From: an uncultured Gammaproteobacteria bacterium
GTDB taxonomy: Bacteria; Patescibacteriota; Patescibacteriia; Patescibacteriales; GWE2-39-37
Assembly: GCA_964443495.1 (NCBI GenBank)
Contig: CAYUCS010000001.1
Coordinates: 469,496 to 533,495, forward strand
DNA: 64,000 nucleotides
Direction of reading: 5' to 3'
Shown here: one piece after another, positions 1-8,915 of the stretch
Layout: each line of letters starts with the position of its first letter
How positions within the stretch are numbered: position 1 is the first letter of the stretch
Made by a program: the position numbers and the translations under genes
Notes under the pieces: model-generated
Told to the model about the DNA's origin: nothing
Database searches by the model: none
The model's input: the letters and a program-made list of their open reading frames with translations, nothing else

Positions 1-1
1 T

Positions 2-1015
2 ATGCCGAAGCAGTTGCAGCAGATCGTTGGCGACCAGACCTTGCTGCAGAAAACTTATGAGCGGCTGCGCACCGGCTTCGCGGCCGAGGATATCTATCTG
101 GCCACCGCCGCCGGACAAGCCGAGGCGATCCACGAGCAACTGCCAGACCTGCCCAAGGACCATCTCATCCTCGAACCCTGCCGGCGGGACACGGCTGCTG
201 CCATCGGCCTGGCTGCTGCCAAGATCCACCGTGACCATCCCGGCGAAATAGTCATCAATATAAATTCCGACCATTACATCAAGGATGAGACCGAATATCT
301 GCGCGTTATCGGGTTGGCCGAGAAGGTTCTGAGCGAAAAGCCGGAAGCGGGGGTGCTGATCGGGGTCAATCCGACCTATCCTGAGACCGGTTATGGCTAT
401 ATCAAGATGGGCGAGGAGTGGAAAGAGCTCGACGGAACCAAGGTCTTCGAGATTGCCGAATTCAAAGAGAAGCCGACCATGGAAAAGGCTCAGGAATATT
501 TCGAACGTTGGGAGTATCTGTGGAATATCGGCTGTTTCGCCTTCAGGACGGACCATCTCCTGTCCTTGTATGAAAAGTTCCTGCCGGAAATGCACGGTCA
601 TTTGATGGCCATCCAAGCGTCTTTTGGAACTCCCGAGCAGGAGGCGGTTATCGAGCGCGAATTCGGCCAAATCACGCCGATTTCCATGGACTACGGCATT
701 ATCGAAAAGGCGCCGCAACTTCTCGTTATTCCTGCGGATTTCGGCTGGGCGGATATCGGGCACTGGAAGACTGTCAAGGACATGCTTTCCAATGTCGCCG
801 AGGATAACGTGACGAAAGGCAAAGTCCTGGCGATCGACAGCCAGAATAATCTGGCTTATTCTTATACCGGCAAATTGATCGCCATGGTCGGCGTCAAGGA
901 TATGGTCGTGGTGGAAAACGGCGACACTATCCTGGTTTGCTCCAAGGAGCGGGCGCAGGACGTGAAAAAGGTGGTCGATCAGCTCAAGGCTGAGGGAATG
1001 GATGAATATCTTTAA
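2..1015 (+). CDS. manC: Mannose-1-phosphate guanylyltransferase-type sugar-phosphate nucleotidyltransferase; 5' end cut by the window edge
   Basis: The ORF is open to the window edge. Its first residues (PKQLQQIVGDQTLLQKTYERL) match the segment that follows the N-terminal G-x-G-x-R-L loop in ManC/CpsB-type enzymes, so the true start lies upstream. Later segments (VNPTYPETGYGYI, FKEKP, WNIGCF, GWADIGHW) fit the family. Confidence 0.7.
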   Translation: MPKQLQQIVGDQTLLQKTYERLRTGFAAEDIYLATAAGQAEAIHEQLPDLPKDHLILEPCRRDTAAAIGLAAAKIHRDHPGEIVININSDHYIKDETEYLRVIGLAEKVLSEKPEAGVLIGVNPTYPETGYGYIKMGEEWKELDGTKVFEIAEFKEKPTMEKAQEYFERWEYLWNIGCFAFRTDHLLSLYEKFLPEMHGHLMAIQASFGTPEQEAVIEREFGQITPISMDYGIIEKAPQLLVIPADFGWADIGHWKTVKDMLSNVAEDNVTKGKVLAIDSQNNLAYSYTGKLIAMVGVKDMVVVENGDTILVCSKERAQDVKKVVDQLKAEGMDEYL

Positions 1016-1018
1016 ACT

Positions 1019-2077
1019 ATGAAAAAACAAGCTTGGTTGTTAGCTTTCGTTATCATGCCGTTGGCCGCAGTCGCAGCCATCAGCTTTTTTGCTTGGGAGC
1101 TGCAGCGCAAACCAGACACCAAAGGTTCCGGTCAGATCTCGTTCGTTATCGAGCGCGGCGAGACCTTGAAGCAGATTAGCCGTTCACTCGCTGACAAGGG
1201 AGTGATCAGCTCGTCTTGGTTTTTTGAGATGGTGGTCCGTTTGAGCCACAAACAAAACAAGCTGCAGGCTGGCGAATATGATTTGCCGCAAGGACTTTCC
1301 TTGCTGCAGCTGATCGAAGCCCTGGGCAATGCCCAGGCTAACCAGGTTCAGGTCACTTTTCTGGAAGGGGATAGTATCAGGAACTTAGCCGACCAACTGG
1401 CTAAGGCAGGGGTGATGGCCACATCGAGTTTCATTGAAGCTGCTGGCCGCCCGACCGTTGATTATGGCAAGCTGCCGCTGTCCGAGCCACGACCGATCGA
1501 GTTCAAGAATGATTTCAGCTTCTTGGAGGACAAGCCGGGTCATTACGGTTATGAGGGCTATCTTTTTCCAGACACTTATCGCTTCAGCAAAACAGCCACC
1601 TCGGGTCAGATAATCAATAAAATGCTGAAGAATTTCGATTCGAAATTGACACCGGCAATGCGCCAAGAGATAGCGAGGCAGGGCAAGACGGTTTGGGAAA
1701 TCGTCATTATGGCTTCTTTGCTTGAAAAGGAGGTGCGTACGCCGACTGATATGAAGATGGTTTCCGACCTGTTCTGGCGCAGGCTTGCCCGGGGGCAAGC
1801 CCTGCAGTCAGACGCGACGCTAAGTTACGTCTTTGATGATACGGTCGCTGCCCATTCGGCCGAGGACCTTCAATCGGAGTCTCCTTATAACAGCTATCGT
1901 TTCAGGGGCTTGCCTCCTACGCCGATCGGCAACCCCGGATCGGCCGCCCTTGAAGCCGCGATCTATCCGGAGCCGAATAGCTACAACTTCTTCCTGAATG
2001 ACCCCAAGACAGGGGAAACCGTCTTTGCCGAGAGTTTCGAACAGCACAAGCAAAATAAAAGGAAATACCTATACTAG
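1019..2077 (+). CDS. mltG: Endolytic murein transglycosylase MltG (YceG-like)
   Basis: It has an N-terminal TM anchor and a YceG-type body (TFLEGDSIR, LASLLEKEVRTP, QSDATLSYV, YNSYRFRGLPPTPIGNPG). It starts 4 nt after manC. Confidence 0.8.
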   Translation: MKKQAWLLAFVIMPLAAVAAISFFAWELQRKPDTKGSGQISFVIERGETLKQISRSLADKGVISSSWFFEMVVRLSHKQNKLQAGEYDLPQGLSLLQLIEALGNAQANQVQVTFLEGDSIRNLADQLAKAGVMATSSFIEAAGRPTVDYGKLPLSEPRPIEFKNDFSFLEDKPGHYGYEGYLFPDTYRFSKTATSGQIINKMLKNFDSKLTPAMRQEIARQGKTVWEIVIMASLLEKEVRTPTDMKMVSDLFWRRLARGQALQSDATLSYVFDDTVAAHSAEDLQSESPYNSYRFRGLPPTPIGNPGSAALEAAIYPEPNSYNFFLNDPKTGETVFAESFEQHKQNKRKYLY

Positions 2078-2244
2078 GCACTATTACAACATAACTCGCA
2101 CATTTCGCGCTCATCTTCACGCCATCTTTGCTTAAAAAATCCTTCAAAGTATCTCGATACTCTTCAGGATTTTTTAAACAAATCTGACGCAAATCTGAAC
2201 GCGAACCGCGCAATTTATTTTGTAGTAGCGCCTAAAACAAAATC

Positions 2245-4626
2245 ATGTTCGATAACATGGCTCAGGGGTCTGGTTATTCCGGACCGGTTGCGAATCGTCC
2301 GCCACAAAACAACAAGATGCAGATCTTGGTTTTTGCGATTCTCGGAGGGGTGATCGTCATCAGCGTTATGGTCGGCTTCATCAAGACTTACCTCGGAACG
2401 ACCAAGCAACCGGCAACCAAGCCCCCTGCGGCCACCTCGACCAATCCGCAGAACCACTCGACTTCGACCGGCACAGGCTTGCCGGAGAACGGCCAAGCAT
2501 CCACTTCCGACCCTTATGGCTGGTCGGGGGATTTTTCCAACGTCAAGGCAGAGACTTTGAAATTTTCCGATTATTATGAAGCGCCCAAGGATAAATACGA
2601 GGCCAAGGCCGATTCGATCAGGATGCCTTTATCAATCAAGGTCGATGTCGCAAATTATTATGATTTTTCGCGCAAGGTAGAATTGTCAGAGAAGCAGATC
2701 GATGAACTGAACAAGAACGGCTTTACCGTGATGGACAACATCTTCAAGAAGGAGGCTGCTGATTTTTACGGCCTGAACAATCTGATCAGCAAGAAGGACA
2801 TGCCACAGTTCATCAGCTCCGATTTTATCTGGTATTTTTATCAGAATCAGATGAAGGAGGTGTTCGCCGACATCAAGGTCGGCACATTCTATAAAGACCT
2901 TTGGAAGATCAATAAGGAATTTTTCCAGATCGCCAATGCCCGCTACAAGAAGACCAAGGCTAAGGTCGGCACAGCCAACGACCCTGTGCTTGAAGCTGAG
3001 CGCTTGGAGGCGGCTTTTTTCGCCGTCGGGCTGGAGCTTCTTAGGCCCAAATCGGGCCAGATTTCCGGAGAGGAATTGTCAACCGGCAACAAGTTTTCCG
3101 CAAGTGAAAAAGACGACTATGTCTTCGAGCTGCCTGACTACTTGGCCGCGGACGTGGCCAAGGAATTGGCTTTGATCGCCAAGGCCGATAGCACTGACAA
3201 GTCCCCCGTGCTGCTGTATGAGCGCAATTATGAGGAGTTCGCGCCGATAGCCGAAAATCAAGGCAACGCCAAGCTGGCTAACTTCTACCTGGCCCATCGC
3301 TGGTTCAATTCGGTCTTCCCGCTATATTATCGCGATGACTCATGCAAGGATTGCCTGCTTGACCAGAATGATTGGCTGATCAATTTCATCGCTAACGCCT
3401 TCATCGCCAAGGATTTCGCCGATAATCAGGAACTGAAGAACCGCTGGGCCAGGATCTATAAGGTGGTGTCATATTTTTCCGGTTTGCGCAAAGACTTGAC
3501 CTACCTCCATTATAACGAGGTGATGTCTAATCTTTTCGGCGAGGGCTATGATCCGGAGCAGATCTTTTCGATCGAGCCGGAACGTCAAAGGGCGGAACAG
3601 GCTGCCAAGAAAGTCCAAGCCGAGATCGCCAAGCGTGATGATTATTACGGGCTGGAGGGTAGCTATGACCGAGCCGATCCCCAGACCAAGCCGATCTTAG
3701 GAATGCGCCTTTTGCAGACCGACTTTTGGCCGGACTATTTCATTTTCAAGCAGCTGATCCACCCGAAGGTATCCAAGTTCCTGCCAGCCAAAAAGGAGCT
3801 AACGGCCAAGAACGTTACTGCTTGCCCCAATGTTACCCGCGTGAAGTCCGAGGCTGGCGATGTCCGATGCGCCGCTATCGGCCTGGATATCATCAATATC
3901 CTGCAGCCTGTAGTTTCGAACGCATATTTCAACGAGAATACTTCGTATCGCAACTATACCCAGCAATCGGATGCTTTGAAGAACCAGCTTTTGAATTTCA
4001 GCGCCAACAGCTGGCACGCCAGCCAGTACTGGTCGACCCTGGATGTCATGCGCAAATCCATGCTGAAGCCGATGGAATTGACCGGGCCAATCATAACTAA
4101 CACCGGCAATTGGCGCAACCGCCAGACGACAGCCGCCTTGGCCGCTTGGGTCAATCTGCGCTTGCCTGCGGACAAGCTGGTTCCTAACTTGGAAAACGTT
4201 TCTGGCGGCGACTTGCCTGAGTCAGCCTACTTCGTCGAGCCTTCGCCGGTGCTGATAGATGAGCTTCTGGCAAATGCGCGCATGCTCGGCAAGATGATGG
4301 GCGCCTTGCGCCTAGTCAAGGATGTCGATCTGACCGGCAAGAAGCTGGCCGAGGTCCAGGACGAGCTCCTGAAGTTGAAAGCCATCATCAAGAAGGAGAT
4401 GGCGGGGGAAAATCTGGATAACAACGATCTGGCTAATCTGGCCAATTTTTCGAGGAAGTATCTGGTCGCCAAGGCTGGCGAGAAGCGCACCGTCTTTACG
4501 TTCGACAAGCTAAAAACCGCCGAGGATATCGGCACCTTGAAGCTAGTTGTCATTATCGAACAGATTAAAGGCAAGAAGTACTTAGCTATCGGTCCGGTTT
4601 ATAGCTTGCAAGAGGGTCAAAGGTAG
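2245..4626 (+). CDS. Hypothetical large membrane-anchored extracytoplasmic protein
   Basis: This is a 793-aa ORF with one N-terminal TM helix (ILVFAILGGVIVISVMVGF) followed by a T/S/P-rich linker. I recognised no catalytic motif. Confidence 0.6.
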   Translation: MFDNMAQGSGYSGPVANRPPQNNKMQILVFAILGGVIVISVMVGFIKTYLGTTKQPATKPPAATSTNPQNHSTSTGTGLPENGQASTSDPYGWSGDFSNVKAETLKFSDYYEAPKDKYEAKADSIRMPLSIKVDVANYYDFSRKVELSEKQIDELNKNGFTVMDNIFKKEAADFYGLNNLISKKDMPQFISSDFIWYFYQNQMKEVFADIKVGTFYKDLWKINKEFFQIANARYKKTKAKVGTANDPVLEAERLEAAFFAVGLELLRPKSGQISGEELSTGNKFSASEKDDYVFELPDYLAADVAKELALIAKADSTDKSPVLLYERNYEEFAPIAENQGNAKLANFYLAHRWFNSVFPLYYRDDSCKDCLLDQNDWLINFIANAFIAKDFADNQELKNRWARIYKVVSYFSGLRKDLTYLHYNEVMSNLFGEGYDPEQIFSIEPERQRAEQAAKKVQAEIAKRDDYYGLEGSYDRADPQTKPILGMRLLQTDFWPDYFIFKQLIHPKVSKFLPAKKELTAKNVTACPNVTRVKSEAGDVRCAAIGLDIINILQPVVSNAYFNENTSYRNYTQQSDALKNQLLNFSANSWHASQYWSTLDVMRKSMLKPMELTGPIITNTGNWRNRQTTAALAAWVNLRLPADKLVPNLENVSGGDLPESAYFVEPSPVLIDELLANARMLGKMMGALRLVKDVDLTGKKLAEVQDELLKLKAIIKKEMAGENLDNNDLANLANFSRKYLVAKAGEKRTVFTFDKLKTAEDIGTLKLVVIIEQIKGKKYLAIGPVYSLQEGQR

Positions 4627-4640
4627 TTTTGGGCCGGCTA

Positions 4641-4668
4641 TTGACAAAAATGGCTAATCTGTTAGAAT
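4641..4668 (+). promoter_or_regulatory. Sigma70-type promoter of rplJL
   Basis: TTGACA lies at 4641-4646 and TAGAAT at 4663-4668, separated by a 16-nt spacer. Confidence 0.6.
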
Positions 4669-4816
4669 AATCTTACATCAAAATATCGCTTTACCAGAGA
4701 CCGCAGGCGCACAAGATAAGTCCTGCCGAGGTGAGGGCCATTTTTAGGTTCTTGTTGCTGTGGTAAAGCCACAGTTTTTTTGTATGAATCGCCTTTTGAG
4801 TAATTAAATAATAATT
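4669..4816 (+). promoter_or_regulatory. rplJ 5' leader (candidate L10-leader autoregulatory RNA)
   Basis: An untranslated leader of about 150 nt lies between the promoter and the rplJ ATG and ends in a terminator-like hairpin. The position matches known L10(L12)4-controlled leaders. I could not verify the fold beyond that hairpin. Confidence 0.45.
4758..4781 (+). terminator. Leader attenuator hairpin upstream of rplJ
   Basis: The stem CTGTGG (4758-4763) pairs with CCACAG (4769-4774) across a 5-nt loop, followed by seven T at 4775-4781. It sits 35 nt upstream of the rplJ ATG. Confidence 0.55.
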
Positions 4817-5344
4817 ATGGCTAAAAGCAGAGTAAAGAAGCAGACCGAGCTGCGAACCTTAGAGGAGCGAGTCGGACGAGCCAAGTCCGTTGTTTTCGCT
4901 AATTTCAGCGGTTTCGGTGTGCAGGCCAGCGAATCCTTGCGCAATGCGTTAAGGGAAGAGCAGGCCGAAATGCTTGTTGCCAAGAAAACCCTGATCGATC
5001 TGGCCTTCAAGGGCAAGAATCTGGAAGGTTTTTCTGCCCGCAAGATGGATGGCCAGTTGGCCGCGATTTTCGGGTACGGCGACGAGGTGGTCCCAGCCAA
5101 GCTGGTGGCCAAGTATAAGAAGGAGAACGAAGGCAAGCTGGATTTCGCCGGCGGCGTTCTCGAAGGTCGCTTTATCAGCGCAGCTGAAGTGACTGAATTG
5201 GCAAAATTGCCAAGCAAGCAGGAATTGTATGCACAGTTGGTCGGTTCGTTGAACGCACCGGTATCCGGCTTCGTCAACGCCTTGGCTGGCAACTTGCGCA
5301 ACCTGGTTTATGTCCTCAAAGCTATCGAGGAGCAGAAAGCCTAA
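4817..5344 (+). CDS. rplJ: 50S ribosomal protein L10
   Basis: The N-terminus is L10-like (KSVVFANFSGFGVQASESLRNALRE, AEMLVAKKTL) and rplL follows directly. Confidence 0.9.
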   Translation: MAKSRVKKQTELRTLEERVGRAKSVVFANFSGFGVQASESLRNALREEQAEMLVAKKTLIDLAFKGKNLEGFSARKMDGQLAAIFGYGDEVVPAKLVAKYKKENEGKLDFAGGVLEGRFISAAEVTELAKLPSKQELYAQLVGSLNAPVSGFVNALAGNLRNLVYVLKAIEEQKA

Positions 5345-5374
5345 CACATTTTAAAAAATCATTAATTAAAAACT

Positions 5375-5785
5375 ATGACTGAAGAAATCAAGACCGAGGA
5401 AACCGTAGAGGTTCCTGCAAAATTCCAGGCGCTCGTTGCCGAAATCGAAAAGATGAGCGTCATTGACCTGGCCGAATTGGTCAAGGTTCTCGAGAAGAAG
5501 TTCGGCGTTTCCGCTGCTGCTCCTGCCATGATGATGGCTGCTGCCGGCCCAGCTGCTCCGGCAGCTGAGGAAAAGTCCAGCTTCGATGTCGAATTGACCG
5601 ATGCTGGCGCTAACAAGATCAACGTCATCAAGGTTGTTCGCGAAATCACTGCTTTGGGCTTGAAGGACGCCAAGGATTTGGTGGACGCAGCTCCTAAGAT
5701 GGTGAAGGAAGGTGTCAAGAAAGAAGAAGCTGAGGACATCAAGAAGAAGATCGAAGAAGCTGGCGGCAAGGTTACCTTGAAGTAA
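5375..5785 (+). CDS. rplL: 50S ribosomal protein L7/L12
   Basis: It has the Ala/Pro hinge ([21 protein letters not shown]) and the conserved C-terminal domain ([41 protein letters not shown]). Confidence 0.92.
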   Translation: MTEEIKTEETVEVPAKFQALVAEIEKMSVIDLAELVKVLEKKFGVSAAAPAMMMAAAGPAAPAAEEKSSFDVELTDAGANKINVIKVVREITALGLKDAKDLVDAAPKMVKEGVKKEEAEDIKKKIEEAGGKVTLK

Positions 5786-5802
5786 GCCAACTCAAATAAA
5801 AA

Positions 5803-5832
5803 AAAGAACGCTCGCGAGGGCGTTCTTTTTTT
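5803..5832 (+). terminator. Intrinsic terminator after rplL
   Basis: AGAACGC (5805-5811) pairs with GCGTTCT (5820-5826) and a T-run follows to 5832. Confidence 0.75.
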
Positions 5833-5850
5833 GTCTGAAAAGCCTTGTAG

Positions 5851-5879
5851 TTGACATTTTTATAAAAATATGTTATAAA
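5851..5879 (+). promoter_or_regulatory. Sigma70-type promoter (extended -10) for the 5992 gene
   Basis: TTGACA lies at 5851-5856, then a 17-nt spacer, then TGtTATAAA with the hexamer at 5874-5879. Confidence 0.55.
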
Positions 5880-5991
5880 GTAAAATTCGTGCTTTTAACC
5901 CAAAGCAGGCACCTTCAATAACGAAAGGAGATTACTACGGAGTGTCAGGGTATTCTTTCTTTGTCAAATCATCGCCACCAAGGAGGCAGTC

Positions 5992-6504
5992 ATGAAAGGG
6001 AACGTAGGTTTCAGTAATCCGTCTTTGTCCATCGCTCTGGCCGCATTTTCAATCCAGGATGACATCAATGGTCTTGAGGGAACGGACCGCAAATCGCACC
6101 AGCTGCTGGAAAGGAGCGCTGCGACCAGTGCTTGTGAGCGCAAGGAAATGGCGCGCATGCACAATGTCGAGGTCAGGGTGCCGAAAGTCGACGGCCTCAG
6201 ATTGCAGGACGAACAGGAAATCGAGGACACCAAGATACCGGCGCATTACCATCACGTCAAGCACATCGACGGAGTAATCGTAAATTGCCACTACTACGGC
6301 ATCTCGCCGTTCGATTTCGGACGCGCTATTACGGCTACCGTCGAGATCATCGACAAGATCATGGGCGACCGGCGTTTCACCTTCATGAATTTCAGGAAGG
6401 TAACTATTCCTTTTCCTGAGTTCGACATGAAAATCATGCCCGATGTCGAGGGCATCGCTTTGGCCGGCACCAAGCATTCGGTGCATTTCATTCCCAGAGC
6501 CTAG
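5992..6504 (+). CDS. Hypothetical protein (170 aa)
   Basis: A strong SD (AAGGAGG) sits 6 nt upstream of the ATG. The gene has its own promoter and terminator. I recognised no motif. Confidence 0.6.
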   Translation: MKGNVGFSNPSLSIALAAFSIQDDINGLEGTDRKSHQLLERSAATSACERKEMARMHNVEVRVPKVDGLRLQDEQEIEDTKIPAHYHHVKHIDGVIVNCHYYGISPFDFGRAITATVEIIDKIMGDRRFTFMNFRKVTIPFPEFDMKIMPDVEGIALAGTKHSVHFIPRA

Positions 6505-6523
6505 CGGGCTCAATCCGCAAAAC

Positions 6524-6556
6524 AAAAGGGCGTACGCAAGTACGCCCGTTTTTTTA
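6524..6556. terminator. Terminator shared by convergent genes
   Basis: GGGCGTAC (6528-6535) pairs with GTACGCCC (6540-6547) across a GCAA loop, with a T-run at 6549-6555. It lies between the stop codons at 6504 (+) and 6570 (-). Confidence 0.75.
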
Positions 6557-6569
6557 TGTTCAAAAAGGC

Positions 6570-8792
6570 TTATAGATTTATTTCCCAGGCGCTGGTGCCC
6601 GAAAGGATATAGGCTTTGCTGCCATCAGCGGCAAAGGCGGCGTCGCGAGGCTCGTTCAAGCCGTCGAAAGTCGCCTGGTTGATGAAGTTGCCGTTCTTGT
6701 CCAAAACGACAATGCGCTTAGCCGCCGGTTCGAAGATGAAGAATTTGCTATTAGCGATGAAAAGCTTAGCCGCCTTGGTGACCGGCGGGAGTATTTTGGC
6801 TGCAGTGAATTGTTCAGCCTGACCTTTAAGATATTTGTAAATCTGCCCGTTGGCTCCGAGGACGAATATAGACGAGTCGATCGAAAGGGCGACGGCTGAT
6901 TCCAGTTCCGTAGCCGGCTGCTTCAGCCAGGCAGAAGCGCCGCCATACGCCGATCCTGATTTGCTGAAGCGATATATCTGCTTATCGGCCGTGTTCAGCA
7001 CGTATAGCTTGCCGTTGTAGATCGCTTGATTGGCTATGCCGGCAGGGTTGCCGATCGCGGCTAGGCTGTATTGTTTGGCCTTGCCGCTTGCAGGCGCGAA
7101 TTCGACGATCTTGTCATTGTTCAGGAAGCTGACCGTTTTTTCGTCCAAAGCAGGGAAGCGGAGAGCGGAAACGGCCGTGCCCAGGTCCGTTTGGGCCGTG
7201 CCTGATTTGGCTGCCAGATCGAAGTCGTAGATAGCGGAGTTGGCGGTGTCTCCGGCAATGAGCCGATTGCCGATAAGCGATAGGTTTTCCGGCTTGGCTT
7301 CTGGCTTGAGCTGCGTGAAATTGACCGCTTCTGTCGGGTTGGTCTTGTTCTCTTTGCGCAGCTTGGCGACCTGCTGCTCGTATTTCTTGAACAGTTCGGC
7401 GTATTGAGGGTCATCGTTCGGAAGTTGGTCGAGCAACGGCTTGATTTCGGCAAGAAGCTGGTTGGCCCCATCTTCGTTCTTATAGATCAAGCTGGACTCG
7501 ACTGCCGTCTCTTTCTGTTCGATTATCTTGGCTGAATCCTGACGGTTCTGTTTCAGGGCTTCTTCGTAGTTGCGTTGCTTCAAGGTGAAGAGGTTCTCAA
7601 CGAAGAAGCCGATGCTTACCAGTACGACGATGATTATCGCTTGGTGCTTGCGTTCGAGATTCTTGAACCAGAGAAAGAAGCTGCCGATGCCTTGCCTGGC
7701 TGACGCCAGACGTTTCAGCCATTGGTCCGCTTTCAGCGCCTGCGGCAAACCTTTGATCAAATCGATAAGCACCAGGAAGAAGGCCAAGATGATCTGTGAT
7801 GATTTTTTGAGCCAGAACAGTCCGGTCCGTTTTTTGCTGGCAACGCGGTCTGAGATGGATAGTTGCCCGCCTTTGGAGGATTTTGACGGGGAAGATCCCG
7901 GACCAGGCCGCCAGCGGGTGATTTTCTGGAGCCAGGATTTGAAATCGATTACGCCGGAAGGGGTGAGCAGCCTTTCGGTCGCCTGCTCCGTCGAATTGAG
8001 GGAATTTATCGAGTTCTGGCTTGAGCCTGAAAGGATGACCCGGTCGGCCGGACTGGCCGCCTGTCCCACGGTGTTCTTGATGATCAGGGCCAGGAACGAA
8101 ACGTAGGCGTTGACTTTGGTCAGCTGGTTTTTCAGCTGCTCGACGGCTGAAACAGGGGAAAGGGTCGTTACGATTTCCATGAGCTGCTTTGAAGAGACGT
8201 ATTCGGGCAAAGCTTCGTTAGAAAAGATGAAGTAGCCTTTTTCAGGCAACTGGCCGTTGATGACGTTGGAAAAAATCTTGGTAGAAACGACCGGGGCGGG
8301 CGGTTCTGAGTCGATCCGTCCGGTGATTTCGGTGATGCGGTAATCGCGTCCGTCTTGGTCTTTGGGGTTGAGATAAGCTAAGAAGGCCTTATTGGCGCCG
8401 ATGATGGAAAAATGGAGCTCGTTTTCGAAAATAACGCCGACCGTGGCGCTGATGGAGCGCAGCTCGAAGTCGATGGCTGGATTCTGCATGAAATCTGCCA
8501 GATTCTTGTTGGTCTTGGCCAAGGCGGCTTCGAAGATGTGCTCGATCTTGATAGTGCTCAAACGCTCGCGCAGGATCAGCTTCTCGTTCTGGTAGTAGTT
8601 GTGAGTCAGTTCGCTGACCAGGTAATTGATGAATTTGGCCCCGCCCGAGGCGTTGGCCGGCAGTTCTATCAGTATGAAAAGACGCCCGGCAAGCCCCTCT
8701 TTATGGGCGTCGGGTTGAGCCAGATAGACCTCGCCCAGCTGGCTGCTTTTTTGGGCGGGCGTCAGGATGAGTTGAGCAATTTTATAAAACAT
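6570..8792 (-). CDS. Hypothetical three-part protein: N-terminal degenerate PP2C-like region, central TM segments, C-terminal beta-propeller-like repeats
   Basis: This is a 740-aa ORF. The N-terminus resembles the PP2C/SpoIIE core (ATVGVIFENELHFSIIGANKAFLAY where phosphatases have GDSR). Hydrophobic helices lie near residues 330-400. The C-terminus carries repeated IY/FD strand motifs (QIYRFSKSG, GQIYKYLKG, RIVVLDKNGNF). Confidence 0.55.
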   Translation of the reverse strand: MFYKIAQLILTPAQKSSQLGEVYLAQPDAHKEGLAGRLFILIELPANASGGAKFINYLVSELTHNYYQNEKLILRERLSTIKIEHIFEAALAKTNKNLADFMQNPAIDFELRSISATVGVIFENELHFSIIGANKAFLAYLNPKDQDGRDYRITEITGRIDSEPPAPVVSTKIFSNVINGQLPEKGYFIFSNEALPEYVSSKQLMEIVTTLSPVSAVEQLKNQLTKVNAYVSFLALIIKNTVGQAASPADRVILSGSSQNSINSLNSTEQATERLLTPSGVIDFKSWLQKITRWRPGPGSSPSKSSKGGQLSISDRVASKKRTGLFWLKKSSQIILAFFLVLIDLIKGLPQALKADQWLKRLASARQGIGSFFLWFKNLERKHQAIIIVVLVSIGFFVENLFTLKQRNYEEALKQNRQDSAKIIEQKETAVESSLIYKNEDGANQLLAEIKPLLDQLPNDDPQYAELFKKYEQQVAKLRKENKTNPTEAVNFTQLKPEAKPENLSLIGNRLIAGDTANSAIYDFDLAAKSGTAQTDLGTAVSALRFPALDEKTVSFLNNDKIVEFAPASGKAKQYSLAAIGNPAGIANQAIYNGKLYVLNTADKQIYRFSKSGSAYGGASAWLKQPATELESAVALSIDSSIFVLGANGQIYKYLKGQAEQFTAAKILPPVTKAAKLFIANSKFFIFEPAAKRIVVLDKNGNFINQATFDGLNEPRDAAFAADGSKAYILSGTSAWEINL

Positions 8793-8832
8793 TCATCTTC
8801 AACTCACGATAAAAAATAGAGCCAATAATGAA

Positions 8833-8861
8833 TTGACTGCCACTATATTATACTATAAAAT
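8833..8861 (+). promoter_or_regulatory. Candidate promoter for the 8916 gene
   Basis: TTGACT lies at 8833-8838, then a 17-nt spacer, then TAAAAT at 8856-8861. The -10 assignment is ambiguous in this AT-rich stretch. Confidence 0.4.
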
Positions 8862-8915
8862 AATAGTAAAGAACAAGCGTAATTCATCGTCGGTTTTGCA
8901 GATTAACTTTTGCCT

